Below are positions 40,811 through 51,653 of a stretch of DNA of 64,000 nucleotides, in pieces (within the stretch, counting starts at the first letter, position 1; every line of letters starts with the position of its first letter). The position numbers and the translations under genes were made by a program. A model generated the notes under the pieces. It did not search any database, had not been told where the DNA came from, and was given only the letters and a program-made list of their open reading frames with translations. Origin of the DNA: Carpediemonas membranifera BICM (taxonomy: Eukaryota > Protista > Fornicata); contig JAHDYR010000067.1 in assembly GCA_019828565.1 (NCBI GenBank), forward strand, positions 526,244-590,243, read 5' to 3'.

Positions 40811-41482
40811 TCACTCAAGACTGTCGAGGAACGTCCGCATAGCCTCCTTCGCCGCAGCATCGGTCGGGATGAAGTGGCCTCGGTCATGAGTATACAAGCT
40901 GGTGTCCACGCCGAGCTCGACGAGCAGCTCATGCAGGTGTGAGAATCCGGAGACGGGCACGACACTGTCCCCCGATCCTCCCATAATAAGACACTTGGGG
41001 AGGCGTAGGGTGTCTCCTTCGCGGGATGATTCTTGGGGCAAGCCCGCGAGTGTGGCGATGAAGTCGCTGTTGCTCTTGGCGAGGGCTGGCGTTGAGGGGA
41101 AATACGGTGAGATCATCAAAACTCCCTTCAGGGTGGGGAATGAGTCCATTCCACTCTGTAGAGCATCAAGGAGAGGGTGTAGCGCAACTGTGGCGCCCTG
41201 GCTGAAGCCGACAACGAGCTCGCTACCGTTCTCCCTGATGAATTCAGAGATGACGCTACCGCTATGGTCAAGATCAGCACGCGTCTGCTCATCCTCAGAA
41301 CGGACATACCAGCCGTACTTCTGCTGTCCTGGGAAGTCTGGGTCCTCTGGAAGGGCGAATGGGGCCTCAATAAACGACATTTCGCCATACTTCTTCAGAA
41401 AGCGGCGAAGAGCACCCGTCTTTCCTTTGAATATGCCAATGTTCTGTGCGTAACCATGGACCAACAGTATCTTGAGACCCAT
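40811..41482 (-). CDS. Serine hydrolase FSH1/OVCA2 family
   Basis: KILLVHGYAQN, nucleophile elbow GFSQGA, GDSVV, GHFIP. Confidence 0.9.
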   Translation of the reverse strand: MGLKILLVHGYAQNIGIFKGKTGALRRFLKKYGEMSFIEAPFALPEDPDFPGQQKYGWYVRSEDEQTRADLDHSGSVISEFIRENGSELVVGFSQGATVALHPLLDALQSGMDSFPTLKGVLMISPYFPSTPALAKSNSDFIATLAGLPQESSREGDTLRLPKCLIMGGSGDSVVPVSGFSHLHELLVELGVDTSLYTHDRGHFIPTDAAAKEAMRTFLDSLE

Positions 41483-41598
41483 GCTCTTTCCAAAATGATC
41501 CAATCATTCCATCCTCGCCAACTCTCCAACCCTCTATTTCAACAGTTTCATCAAATACATGCACACACGCTCTTTATTTGCTCTCAAGCATCATTTCT

Positions 41599-42282
41599 TC
41601 ACTCAATTGCCAGCTCGGGGTGATCGTAGTGCATCTCATAGCAGTCGACCGGGTCATACCGCGTCCATCCATCAGGTCCGACATGGTAGACGTTGATGTT
41701 ACCGCCAGACATTGTGTCTCGGTGGGTTGCATGGTAAATGGCTCTACGTCCCAGTGCCACTGCCTCCTCCACAGTAAGGTCAGGTCTATACTCGCTGTCG
41801 AGGATGCCGTAGGCGTAGGTCGACCCTGAGCCCACGCTGAAGAGGTTGCCCTTAATCCGCTCGCCGTCGGAGTCGCAGTAGTACAGAGCAGGGCCATCGG
41901 GATCGTAGCCGGCAATCATGGAACCCACGGAGAGGCCGGAGCCCTTGTAGTGGTAGAGGATGTTGCTCAGAAGCTTTGAGGCGGCGCCAACGGAGATGCG
42001 CTTGTCGTTTTGGAGCTCATAGAGCCGGCATTCCTTGCCCACATAGCGCTCCCAGAAGTAGCAATCGGCTGCACCGCCAGCCATGGTACCAAGAAGGTAC
42101 TTGTTGATCTCGATCACCTTCTTAACGCTGTGTCAAACTGAGATTGGGGAAACAAACGTCTGAGAACCGATAAACGGACCCATCGTAGCTCTAGAATCGA
42201 CAGCAATCAGTACACCATCGTTAAAAACAAAGCCAAGGGTTGTAGTACCCTTCTTGAAGTCTAATGGCGTAAATTTGGGCAT
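41599..42282 (-). CDS. PSMB5: Proteasome subunit beta type-5; two exons (42282-42158, 42127-41599)
   Basis: G|TTTLGF...AVDSRATMG...[46 protein letters not shown]. Removing the 30-nt intron restores the frame. Confidence 0.95.
42128..42157 (-). other. 30-nt spliceosomal intron in PSMB5
   Basis: GTTTGTTTCCCCAATCTCAGTTTGACACAG contains an in-frame TGA; excision joins AC|C to give the conserved SQTVKKV. Confidence 0.9.
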
Positions 42283-42451
42283 CAATGCGAATGACAAGTG
42301 CAGCTTAAGGACAGTCCGATCGATTGATTGCAAAAAGACAAAAAAGTGACGTAATTAGCTTGGCTCAGCTGTCGAAGTGCCGCGCTATCACTTCTATGGG
42401 TGTAGGGTCTTCTGGCATAAACTGCGCGGAAAAGGCTTCGGCGGAGCAGAG

Positions 42452-44347
42452 ATGTCTGGCTTTGGCGGCTTTGTTTATGATTTAGCATGCGTCAAAAGGA
42501 AGTGGATTCCAGGAGAATTTGCTTGGGACTTCTCACAGACCGTTGCTGGAAAACAGCCTCGTTTGGATAGTGGGTATGAATATGGCAAGACCGATGCGCC
42601 ACAGGCTAAGAAGAGCATGATTGCGGAAACGGAGGAGAAGCCCTCTGGTTTCGGTGGATTCACGTTCGGCGGCAAGCCCGCTGAGCCCAAGGCCGACGAG
42701 CCCGCGGAAAAGCCCTCTGGTTTCGGTGGATTCACGTTCGGCGGCAAGCCCGCTGAGCCCAAGGCCGACGAGCCCGCGGAAAAGCCCTCTGGTTTCGGTG
42801 GATTCACGTTCGGCGGCAAGCCCGCTGAGCCCAAGGCCGACGAGCCCGCGGAAAAGCCCTCTGGTTTCGGTGGATTCACGTTCGGCGGCAAGCCCGCTGA
42901 GCCCAAGGCCGACGAGCCCGCGGAAAAGCCCTCTGGTTTCGGTGGATTCACGTTCGGCGGCAAGCCCGCTGAGCCCAAGGCCGACGAGCCCGCGGAGAAG
43001 ACCTCTGGTTTCGGCGGATTCACGTTCGGCGGCAAGCCCGCTGAGCCCAAGGCCGACGAGCCCGCGGAGAAGCCCGCGGAGAAGACCTCTGGTTTCGGCG
43101 GATTCACGTTCGGCGGCAAGCCCGCTGAGCCCAAGGCCGACGAGCCCGCGGAGAAGCCCGCGGAGAAGACCTCTGGTTTCGGTGGATTCACGTTCGGCGG
43201 CAAGCCCGCTGAGCCCAAGGCCGACGAGCCCGCGGAGAAGCCCGCGGAGAAGACCTCTGGTTTCGGTGGATTCACGTTCGGCGGCAAGCCCGCTGAGCCC
43301 AAGGCCGACGAGCCCGCGGAGAAGCCCGCGGAGAAGACCTCTGGTTTCGGTGGATTCACGTTCGGCGGCAAGCCCGCTGAGCCCAAGGCCGACGAGCCCG
43401 CGGAGAAGCCCGCGGAGAAGACCTCTGGTTTCGGCGGATTCACGTTCGGCGGCAAGCCCGCTGAGCCCAAGGCCGACGAGCCCGCGGAGAAGCCCGCGGA
43501 GAAGACCTCTGGTTTCGGTGGATTCACGTTCGGCGGCAAGCCCGCTGAGCCCAAGGCCGACGAGCCCGCGGAGAAGCCCACCGGCGGCTTCACCTTTGGC
43601 GGCGACTCCGGCGCCGGCGGCTTTACTTTTGGTGGCAAGCCGGCTGATGCCAAGATAGCCCCCGACGCGGCGAGCACGGGCGGATTCACCTTCAACCAAC
43701 CCGACTCAGAGTCCATTCAACCAAAGCCCGCCGCCCCCGCGACGAGCGCTTTTACCTTTGGCAAGTCCCCTGCCGGGTCGACCTCGACATTCTCTCTCGG
43801 GGCCCCCGTTTCGTCCGGCTTCAAGATCGGCGCCCCGGCTGGCGGTGATACGTCATCCAAGTTCCTCGAGTCGATGGCCAAGTCGGCCGCCTCACGCAAG
43901 GAGACTGGCCCGACTCTCCAGGGGACCACCGTCGCGACAGGTGAGACTGGCGAGTGCACCGTCATGGAGCATCGGGTTAAGATGCACGTCCTCGTCACAA
44001 CGCCCGCCAAGGAGGGCAAGGAGGCAGAGTCTGCCTGGGCTGAGCGCGGCGTGGGTGTGGTCAAGGTGAACGAAGACGTGGAGAGCGGTAAGCACCGTCT
44101 GGTCATGAGGAACGAGAAATCTAAGCGTACGATCCTTAACGCCGCGGTGTTTGCTGGACTTCCCGTGAGACAGGAGGGAAAGATTGTCCATCTTTCAGTG
44201 ATTAACGCCGCTCCATCGTACGAGGAGGAGGAGGACAAGTCGAAGATGTCGCGTGTGATGCTGCGCTTCAAGGTGGAAGGGGATGCCGCGGCGTTCGTCG
44301 AGAAGGTCAAGGACTGCGCGAAGGACAAGGCGTGCGCTGAGGCGTAG
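42452..44347 (+). CDS. FG-repeat nucleoporin with C-terminal Ran-binding domain (Nup2/Nup50-like)
   Basis: Twelve SGFGGFTFGG repeats, then RanBD (TGETGE...RVKMH...WAERGVGVVKVN...RLVMRNE...ILN...RFK). First ATG at 42452. Confidence 0.85.
   Translation: MSGFGGFVYDLACVKRKWIPGEFAWDFSQTVAGKQPRLDSGYEYGKTDAPQAKKSMIAETEEKPSGFGGFTFGGKPAEPKADEPAEKPSGFGGFTFGGKPAEPKADEPAEKPSGFGGFTFGGKPAEPKADEPAEKPSGFGGFTFGGKPAEPKADEPAEKPSGFGGFTFGGKPAEPKADEPAEKTSGFGGFTFGGKPAEPKADEPAEKPAEKTSGFGGFTFGGKPAEPKADEPAEKPAEKTSGFGGFTFGGKPAEPKADEPAEKPAEKTSGFGGFTFGGKPAEPKADEPAEKPAEKTSGFGGFTFGGKPAEPKADEPAEKPAEKTSGFGGFTFGGKPAEPKADEPAEKPAEKTSGFGGFTFGGKPAEPKADEPAEKPTGGFTFGGDSGAGGFTFGGKPADAKIAPDAASTGGFTFNQPDSESIQPKPAAPATSAFTFGKSPAGSTSTFSLGAPVSSGFKIGAPAGGDTSSKFLESMAKSAASRKETGPTLQGTTVATGETGECTVMEHRVKMHVLVTTPAKEGKEAESAWAERGVGVVKVNEDVESGKHRLVMRNEKSKRTILNAAVFAGLPVRQEGKIVHLSVINAAPSYEEEEDKSKMSRVMLRFKVEGDAAAFVEKVKDCAKDKACAEA
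42635..43579 (+). repeat. Coding tandem repeat: five 72-bp units followed by seven ~84-bp units
   Basis: CTCTGGTTTCGG recurs at 72-bp and then 84-bp spacing; units are nearly identical at the DNA level. Confidence 0.92.
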
Positions 44348-44552
44348 TGCGATTAATAAATATGGATAATAATTTATTACTGCCCATGGAGGATTGTTTA
44401 TGGCACTATAGGGTCGTTGGGCTGCTGTTCGTCGCGTGCTATCACTCAAGACGCAGCCACGCCATTGGCTAATGCTTCCAAGCTGGAAGCCGCTCGGGGC
44501 TCTTGTCATTCGTCTCACACGGGTCGCCAGTCTGTTTGCGATTCAAAAAAGT

Positions 44553-46186
44553 TTATGATTGAGGGCTTGGGTCGAAATCGACGGGAATGATGTCTTCCCG
44601 CCTTATGGGTACCTCGCACTCGACCAGCTCAGCCACCCCATCTGACTCACCCACCACCTTGAACCACTGGCCAGTTGAGTCACGGAAGCGGAGGGGGTCT
44701 TCAACATTAAACGCTGTCGCCTCAATTGGAACCATAGTACGATTCTCATCCTCGTAATAGTGGGTGACACCCTCAGTGACCCAGACCATCCGATCATAGT
44801 CACCCCAGAACCCCTTGACCCTCTCTGGGAACCGGAGCGGGGTGGGTGTGAGGCACTTGTAGTCCCTGCGTTTTCCAGGCAGCAGACCCGACTGGGCGAT
44901 ATGACGGGTTACCTTGCCAGCGAAGAGCAGCTGGCGGCCACCGAGGAAGACGGTGAATTCATCTGCAGAAGTGATGATCCGGTCGACCCCAAAGGGCAGA
45001 TCGACGAAGCCAGACATCTCATCATCGTGCCCGAGCCCCAGCTGGCCACATTCGTTGCCCCCGCTGATCATCTGCCGATCGCCCATGGAGAGGATGACAG
45101 TCGCGGTAAATAAACTTACCACATGCATGATGTGATCTGGGACAAAGCCAGATGGCACAGCGACTGGGTGGAAGCGGTGTCTGTTCTCCCGCTCGACACG
45201 GCCGGTAAACGATCTTGCCTCATATCCAGCCATGACAGTGTCGGCTGGGGTGAGGATGAACGTCTGACCGCTCATTATCGATACACCAGTCACCATCCCG
45301 TGCTTCTCCCAGGGGGGCAGGCTGGCCTCGAGCTCGGCGATGTTGGGGCAGGAGGGGAAGTTGAGGCGGGTCGGGTCGACAAATTGATCAAATGCTGACC
45401 TGAACCCAAGCTGGCTACGTCCGTTAGTGCCCCAGCCCCACAGACCCTTGGGCGTCCTGGCGATGTGGGTGAAGCCGTTGCTGTTGCTATAGACCTCGAG
45501 GGCCCTGGGCATCCTGGCCCTGGTGAAGGCGGTGTGATAGTCCGAGTTAAACATGAAGAGGCGGCCCATGTACATGCGGTGGTGGTAGCCATTGTAGCGT
45601 CCAGTGAACTGATAGAACTCGCCGTCCTTCTCGGCGACGTTCAGCGTGAAGAAGAACTTGCGGCAGAGGAACCAGAGCACTTGGCCTCGGGGGTGAGAGC
45701 GTTGCGGATCTTGTCGTGTGTCTCCCGATCACGAGGCCACCTCATTAGATTATCATCCAGCACCCTGTCCTCGAGGTCGGGGTTGGCCCCGCCGCCCACC
45801 AGACACGCCCACACCGCGCCCTGGTTCAGCGTGTGCATGGCGACCGGGAGCTCCTCGCCATCCGCGAGCTCGACGTTCATGGACAGCGGGGGGCCGCTGG
45901 TGAGGATCGAGCGGGCGCGGTCGAGGAGGGCTTGCGCGGTTGGTTTGAGAGGGGGGAGCTTGGAGAACGTGGCGAGGAGGGATTCGAGAGAAGGGGCGCT
46001 GGTTGGTGTAGAAGTGCCCTTGTCGTTGTGGATCGAGGGCATCTGCCCGTCGAAGTGCCTGGAGTAGGCGCACTGGATCAAGGATGGGATGTCCCCGGAG
46101 ATGGAGGCCGTCACAACAAGCGAGGCGCGATATGCGGTGATCAGCGCATCTCTTATGGCAGATGGCGAGGAACTAGCGCTGCTCAT
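44553..46186 (-). pseudogene. RCC1-like family copy G (1-nt frameshift ~45677)
   Basis: Split into ORFs 45641-46186 and 44553-45680; GCCAAGTGCTCTGG versus intact GCCAAGTGCCTCTGG. Confidence 0.8.
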
Positions 46187-46674
46187 TGGTTTCAGCGCTC
46201 AGTTCGGTGGTGCCCAAATTCTGACTGCCGACTCGCCGACCGCCGACGCCAGCTGGGAGGTCGGGAGATGAGACGTGCAGCCTCACTGGAGATGAGGCCT
46301 GACCACACCCGCGACACACTCCAACAGTGTCCCAGCTAACCCCACCTGGGTAGACCCACACGGCTCGAGAAACGCCTCACTCAGTCGACCACACAAGCGG
46401 ACTGACAGTAGCATGGCTGGGCTGCAGGAGGTAGAATGAGGAGCTATGGCCTGTGTTCCGCCTACTCGAGGTGGTCGGGGATCAGGATCCTCTCGAGGCT
46501 AGTCCGCCCTCGTGTGAGAAGCGTGCTTCTGCTGATTGGACCAGATGAGAAATGGCCTGGACGAAGCGGAGCAGTGACCAGTCGTTGCCAGTCGACTTTC
46601 GACGCCAGTCTTGATGAAGGAACAATAATCGTGAAAATGCCCTGTCACGACAAGAACCTTGTACCTTCGACACA

Positions 46675-48099
46675 ATGAACAATCCCTGGTATCCAGTCCT
46701 TGGAATACCAGCAGAATTCTTTCTCAAAGAGAGAGACGAGGCTGTTTCCATGCTGACGAGGACTCTGGGCATCTCTGTCGTCGATCTAGGCGAGGTACAC
46801 TTCTTTGCAGCGCTCAAGCAAGCGCATGCAGTGCCAAATAGTTCATCTGAGCTCACGATGACCAATGTTATGTGCATCTTGAAAGACGGCGAAGAGCGCC
46901 ACCACGAGCCGCTCAATACGCTAACAGGCGCCGCCAGCATCCAAATATCGTGTTCAAACCTCCATGCTGGCTTTCATTCCCTCTGCAAGTGGGAGATGGC
47001 GCGCTTTGGTCGACCCAAGGCAACGCTTGCCCTGGAGGCACCCTCGTCGCACAGGCAGAACTCCACCCTAGGCACGTTGACTGGCGACATAGAAGTGCTG
47101 AACACATGCATGGAACATGAGGAGATGATGTTCAAAGAGGCACCAACATGCCGCTTCTTCCACGGCGTTTCAGTCCTGTTCGCCAATGCCCCACAGTCAG
47201 CAGACGGCGAGATCCTCAGTGCATTCTTCACAGAACATCTCAAGTGTCGTGTGGCCAGTTGCTTCACCATGCCCGACCTGGCCGGGGCTGGGATCCTCAT
47301 CTTGCCACTCGCCGAGGACCTCGAGGCGTTGCTCGGCAACCTGCCACCTTTTCAAGGACGCAAGCTTTTTCTGATGCCTCTCGAGCACTTACGCGCCTTC
47401 CCGCCCTCTCTCCTCGTCAACGGAGTCCCCAAGGAGACCATACTCTCCTGTCCCGCCCTTCGCACTGAGCGGCAGGTCGCTGACTTCAAAGCCGAGGGTC
47501 TTGGTCTTGTTATCATGTATGACTCGGCCGAGACTGTCGAGTCAATCGAGCAAGACATGTTCTTCTCGCCCGAGCAGTTTACGGATGGGCAGCACTCACT
47601 CGCTGTCGATTTCTACAAGGGCACTCCTGAGGGCATGGTTGTCGCCCAAGACGTCGAATCCGTCCAGGACCCAGCCCCTGAACCAGAACTAGAGCCTGAG
47701 CCCGAGCCCGAGAGGACATACAGCTCACTCGCCCTCGACACCAGAGACGTCTACCTCCTCGACCGCGACTCGCTCCTGTTCACGACCCGCACCGAGTTCC
47801 CCCTCTACCGGGCCGACTCAAACACCAGGCCGACCCCCATTGGCGTGATGGCCCACACACTCGGCTGTATCCAGGCCGATGAGTACGTCACAGCCAAGGG
47901 GCCAGAGCGTCTCATGCCGTCGAGGATGCGGAACTATCAGTATAGCATGGCCGACATCGACGAGGACGGCATGCTTGCGCACTTTCCCGAGGGCCACCTC
48001 GAAGGGTCAGTCCGCGTCCAGCAGCAGGACTGCCTCGTGGTAGTTTCCAAGCTCAGTAATAAGCACCCTGGGGAGTCCCGTACAGCCAAAAGTTTATGA
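46675..48099 (+). pseudogene. PARG-like (DUF2263/TIGR02452-type) gene copy 1, truncated before the catalytic loop
   Basis: Nearly identical to copy 3 up to KH(P/H)GE; the stop is supplied by the antisense 3' end of RCC1 copy H; lacks 12 bp (LSIG) present in copies 2 and 3. Confidence 0.7.
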
Positions 48100-49728
48100 T
48101 TGAGGGGTTGGGTCGAAATCAACCGGGATGATGTCTTCCCGCCTTATGGGTACCTCGCACTCGACCAGCTCAGCCACCCCATCTGACTCACCCACCACCT
48201 TGAACCACTGGCCGGTGGAGTCGCGGAAGCAGAGGGGGTCTTCAACATTAAACGCTGTCGCCTCAATTGGAACCATAGTACGATTCTCATCCTCGTAATA
48301 GTGGGTGACACCCTCGGTCACCCAGACCATCCGATCATAGTCACCCCAGAACCCCTTGACCCTCTCTGGGAACCGGAGCGGGGTGGGTGTGAGGCACTTG
48401 TAGTCCCTGCGTTTTCCAGGCAGCAGACCCGACTGGGCGATATGACGGGTTACCTTGCCAGCGAAGAGCAGCTGGCGGCCACCGAGGAAGACGTTGAATT
48501 CATCTGCAGAAGTGATGATCCGGTCGACCCCAAAGGGCAGATCGACGAAGCCAGACATCTCATCATCGTGCCCGAGCCCCAGCTGGCCACATTCGTTGCC
48601 CCCGCTGATCATCTGCCGATCGCCCATGGAGAGGATGACAGTCGCGGTAAATAAACTTACCACATGCATGATGTGATCTGGGACAAAGCCAGATGGCACA
48701 GCGACTGGGTGGAAGCGGTGTCTGTTCTCCCGCTCGACACGGCCGGTAAACGATCTTGCCTCATATCCAGCCATGACAGTGTCGGCTGGGGTGAGGATGA
48801 ACGTCTGACCGCTCATTATCGATACACCAGTCACCATCCCGTGCTTCTCCCAGGGGGGCAGGCTGGCCTCGAGCTCGGCGATGTTGGGGCAGGAGGGGAA
48901 GTTGAGGCGGGTCGGGTCGACAAATTGATCAAATGCTGACCTGAACCCAAGCTGGCTACGTCCGTTAGTGCCCCAGCCCCACAGACCCTTGGGCGTCCTG
49001 GCGATGTGGGTGAAGCCGTTGCTGTTGCTATAGACCTCGAGGGCCCTGGGCATCCTGGCCCTGGTGAAGGCGGTGTGATAGTCCGAGTTAAACATGAAGA
49101 GGCGGCCCATGTATATGCGATGGTGGTAGCCATTGTAGCGTCCAGTGAACTGACAGCACTCGCCGTCCTTCTCTGCGACATTAAACGTGAAGAAGAACTT
49201 GCGGCAGAGGAACCAGAGGCACTTGGCCTCGGGGGCGAGAGCCTTGCGGATCTTGTCGTAAATCGTGGTACCACGTGACCCCAGCACTTGGGCCTCTTGC
49301 AGCACCCTGTCCTCGAGGTATGGGTTGGCCCCGCCACCCACCAGACACGCCCACACCGCGCCCTGGTTCAGCGTGTGCATGGCGACCGGGAGCTCCTCGC
49401 CATCCGCGAGCTCAACGTTCATTGACAGCGGGGGGCCGCTGGTGAGGATCGAGCGGGCGCGGTCGAGGAGGGCTTGCGCGGTTGGTTTGAGAGGGGGGAG
49501 CTTGGAGAACGTGGCGAGGAGGGATTCGAGAGAAGGGGCGCTGGTTGGTGTAGAAGTGCCCTTGTCGTTGTGGATCGAGGGCATCTGCCCGTCGAAGTGC
49601 CTGGAGTAGGCGCACTGGATCAAGGATGGGATGTCCCCGGAGATGGAGGCCGTCACAACAAGCGAGGCGCGATATGCGGTGATCAGCGCATCTCTTATGG
49701 CAGATGGCGAGGAACTAGCGCTGCTCAT
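48094..49728 (-). CDS. RCC1-like family copy H, intact (544 aa)
   Basis: Uninterrupted ORF with WGWGTNGRSQLG and GGNECGQLGLGH. Confidence 0.85.
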   Translation of the reverse strand: MSSASSSPSAIRDALITAYRASLVVTASISGDIPSLIQCAYSRHFDGQMPSIHNDKGTSTPTSAPSLESLLATFSKLPPLKPTAQALLDRARSILTSGPPLSMNVELADGEELPVAMHTLNQGAVWACLVGGGANPYLEDRVLQEAQVLGSRGTTIYDKIRKALAPEAKCLWFLCRKFFFTFNVAEKDGECCQFTGRYNGYHHRIYMGRLFMFNSDYHTAFTRARMPRALEVYSNSNGFTHIARTPKGLWGWGTNGRSQLGFRSAFDQFVDPTRLNFPSCPNIAELEASLPPWEKHGMVTGVSIMSGQTFILTPADTVMAGYEARSFTGRVERENRHRFHPVAVPSGFVPDHIMHVVSLFTATVILSMGDRQMISGGNECGQLGLGHDDEMSGFVDLPFGVDRIITSADEFNVFLGGRQLLFAGKVTRHIAQSGLLPGKRRDYKCLTPTPLRFPERVKGFWGDYDRMVWVTEGVTHYYEDENRTMVPIEATAFNVEDPLCFRDSTGQWFKVVGESDGVAELVECEVPIRREDIIPVDFDPTPQS

Positions 49729-50216
49729 TGGTTTCAGCGCTCAGCTCGGTGGTGCCCAAATTCTGACTGCCGACTCGCCGACCGCCGACGCCAGCTGGGA
49801 GGTCGGGAGATGAGACGTGCAGCCTCACTGGAGATGAGGCCTGACCACACCCGCGACACACTCCAACAGTGTCCCAGCTAACCCCACCTGGGTAGACCCA
49901 CACGGCTCGAGAAACGCCTCACTCAGTCGACCACACAAGCGGACTGACAGTAGCATGGCTGGGCTGCAGGAGGTAGAATGAGGAGCTATGGCCTGTGTTC
50001 CGCCTACTCGAGGTGGTCGGGGATCAGGATCCTCTCGAGGCTAGTCCGCCCTCGTGTGAGAAGCGTGCTTCTGCTGATTGGACCAGATGAGAAATGGCCT
50101 GGACGAAGCGGAGCAGTGACCAGTCGTTGCCAGTCGACTTTCGACGCCAGTCTTGATGAAGGAACAATAATCGTGAAAATGCCCTGTCACGACAAGAACC
50201 TTGTACCTTCGACACA

Positions 50217-51653
50217 ATGAACAATCCCTGGTATCCAGTCCTTGGAATACCAGCAGAATTCTTTCTCAAAGAGAGAGACGAGGCTGTTTCCATGCTGACG
50301 AGGACTCTGGGCATCTCTGTCGTCGATCTAGGCGAGGTACACTTCTTTGCAGCGCTCAAGCAAGCGCATGCAGTGCCAAATAGTTCATCTGAGCTCACGA
50401 TGACCAATGTTATGTGCATCTTGAAAGACGGCGAAGAGCGCCACCACCTGAGCATCGGCGAGCCGCTCAATACGCTAACAGGCGCCGCCAGCATCCAAAT
50501 ATCGTGTTCAAACCTCCATGCTGGCTTTCATTCCCTCTGCAAGTGGGAGATGGCGCGCTTTGGTCGACCCAAGGCAACGCTTGCCCTGGAGGCACCCTCG
50601 TCGCACAGGCAGAACTCCACCCTAGGCACGTTGACTGGCGACATAGAAGTGCTGAACACATGCATGGAACATGAGGAGATGATGTTCAAAGAGGCACCAA
50701 CATGCCGCTTCTTCCACGGCGTTTCAGTCCTGTTCGCCAATGCCCCACAGTCAGCAGACGGCGAGATCCTCAGTGCATTCTTCACAGAACATCTCAAGTG
50801 TCGTGTGGCCAGTTGCTTCACCATGCCCGACCTGGCCGGGGCTGGGATCCTCATCTTGCCACTCGCCGAGGACCTCGAGGCGTTGCTCGGCAACCTGCCA
50901 CCTTTTCAAGGACGCAAGCTTTTTCTGATGCCTCTCGAGCACTTACGCGCCTTCCCGCCCTCTCTCCTCGTCAACGGAGTCCCCAAGGAGACCATACTCT
51001 CCTGTCCCGCCCTTCGCACTGAGCGGCAGGTCGCTGACTTCAAAGCCGAGGGTCTTGGTCTTGTTATCATGTATGACTCGGCCGAGACTGTCGAGTCAAT
51101 CGAGCAAGACATGTTCTTCTCGCCCGAGCAGTTTACGGATGGGCAGCACTCACTCGCTGTCGATTTCTACAAGGGCACTCCTGAGGGCATGGTTGTCGCC
51201 CAAGACGTCGAATCCGTCCAGGACCCAGCCCCTGAACCAGAACTAGAGCCTGAGCCCGAGCCCGAGAGGACATACAGCTCACTCGCCCTCGACACCAGAG
51301 ACGTCTACCTCCTCGACCGCGACTCGCTCCTGTTCACGACCCGCACCGAGTTCCCCCTCTACCGGGCCGACTCAAACACCAGGCCGACCCCCATTGGCGT
51401 GATGGCCCACACACTCGGCTGTATCCAGGCCGATGAGTACGTCACAGCCAAGGGGCCAGAGCGTCTCATGCCGTCGAGGATGCGGAACTATCAGTATAGC
51501 ATGGCCGACATCGACGAGGACGGCATGCTTGCGCACTTTCCCGAGGGCCACCTCGAAGGGTCAGTCCGCGTCCAGCAGCAGGACTGCCTCGTGGTAGTTT
51601 CCAAGCTCAGTAATAAGCACCCTGGGGAGTCCCGTACAGCCAAAAGTTTATGA
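50217..51653 (+). pseudogene. PARG-like gene copy 2, truncated before the catalytic loop
   Basis: 478-aa ORF with the same junction as copy 1. Confidence 0.7.

Noticed and set aside
42475-43716. Repeat array as a CRISPR array or as overlapping genes in other frames
   Set aside because: No unique spacers; unit lengths are multiples of 3 and encode FG repeats; other frames are open only because the unit lacks stops.
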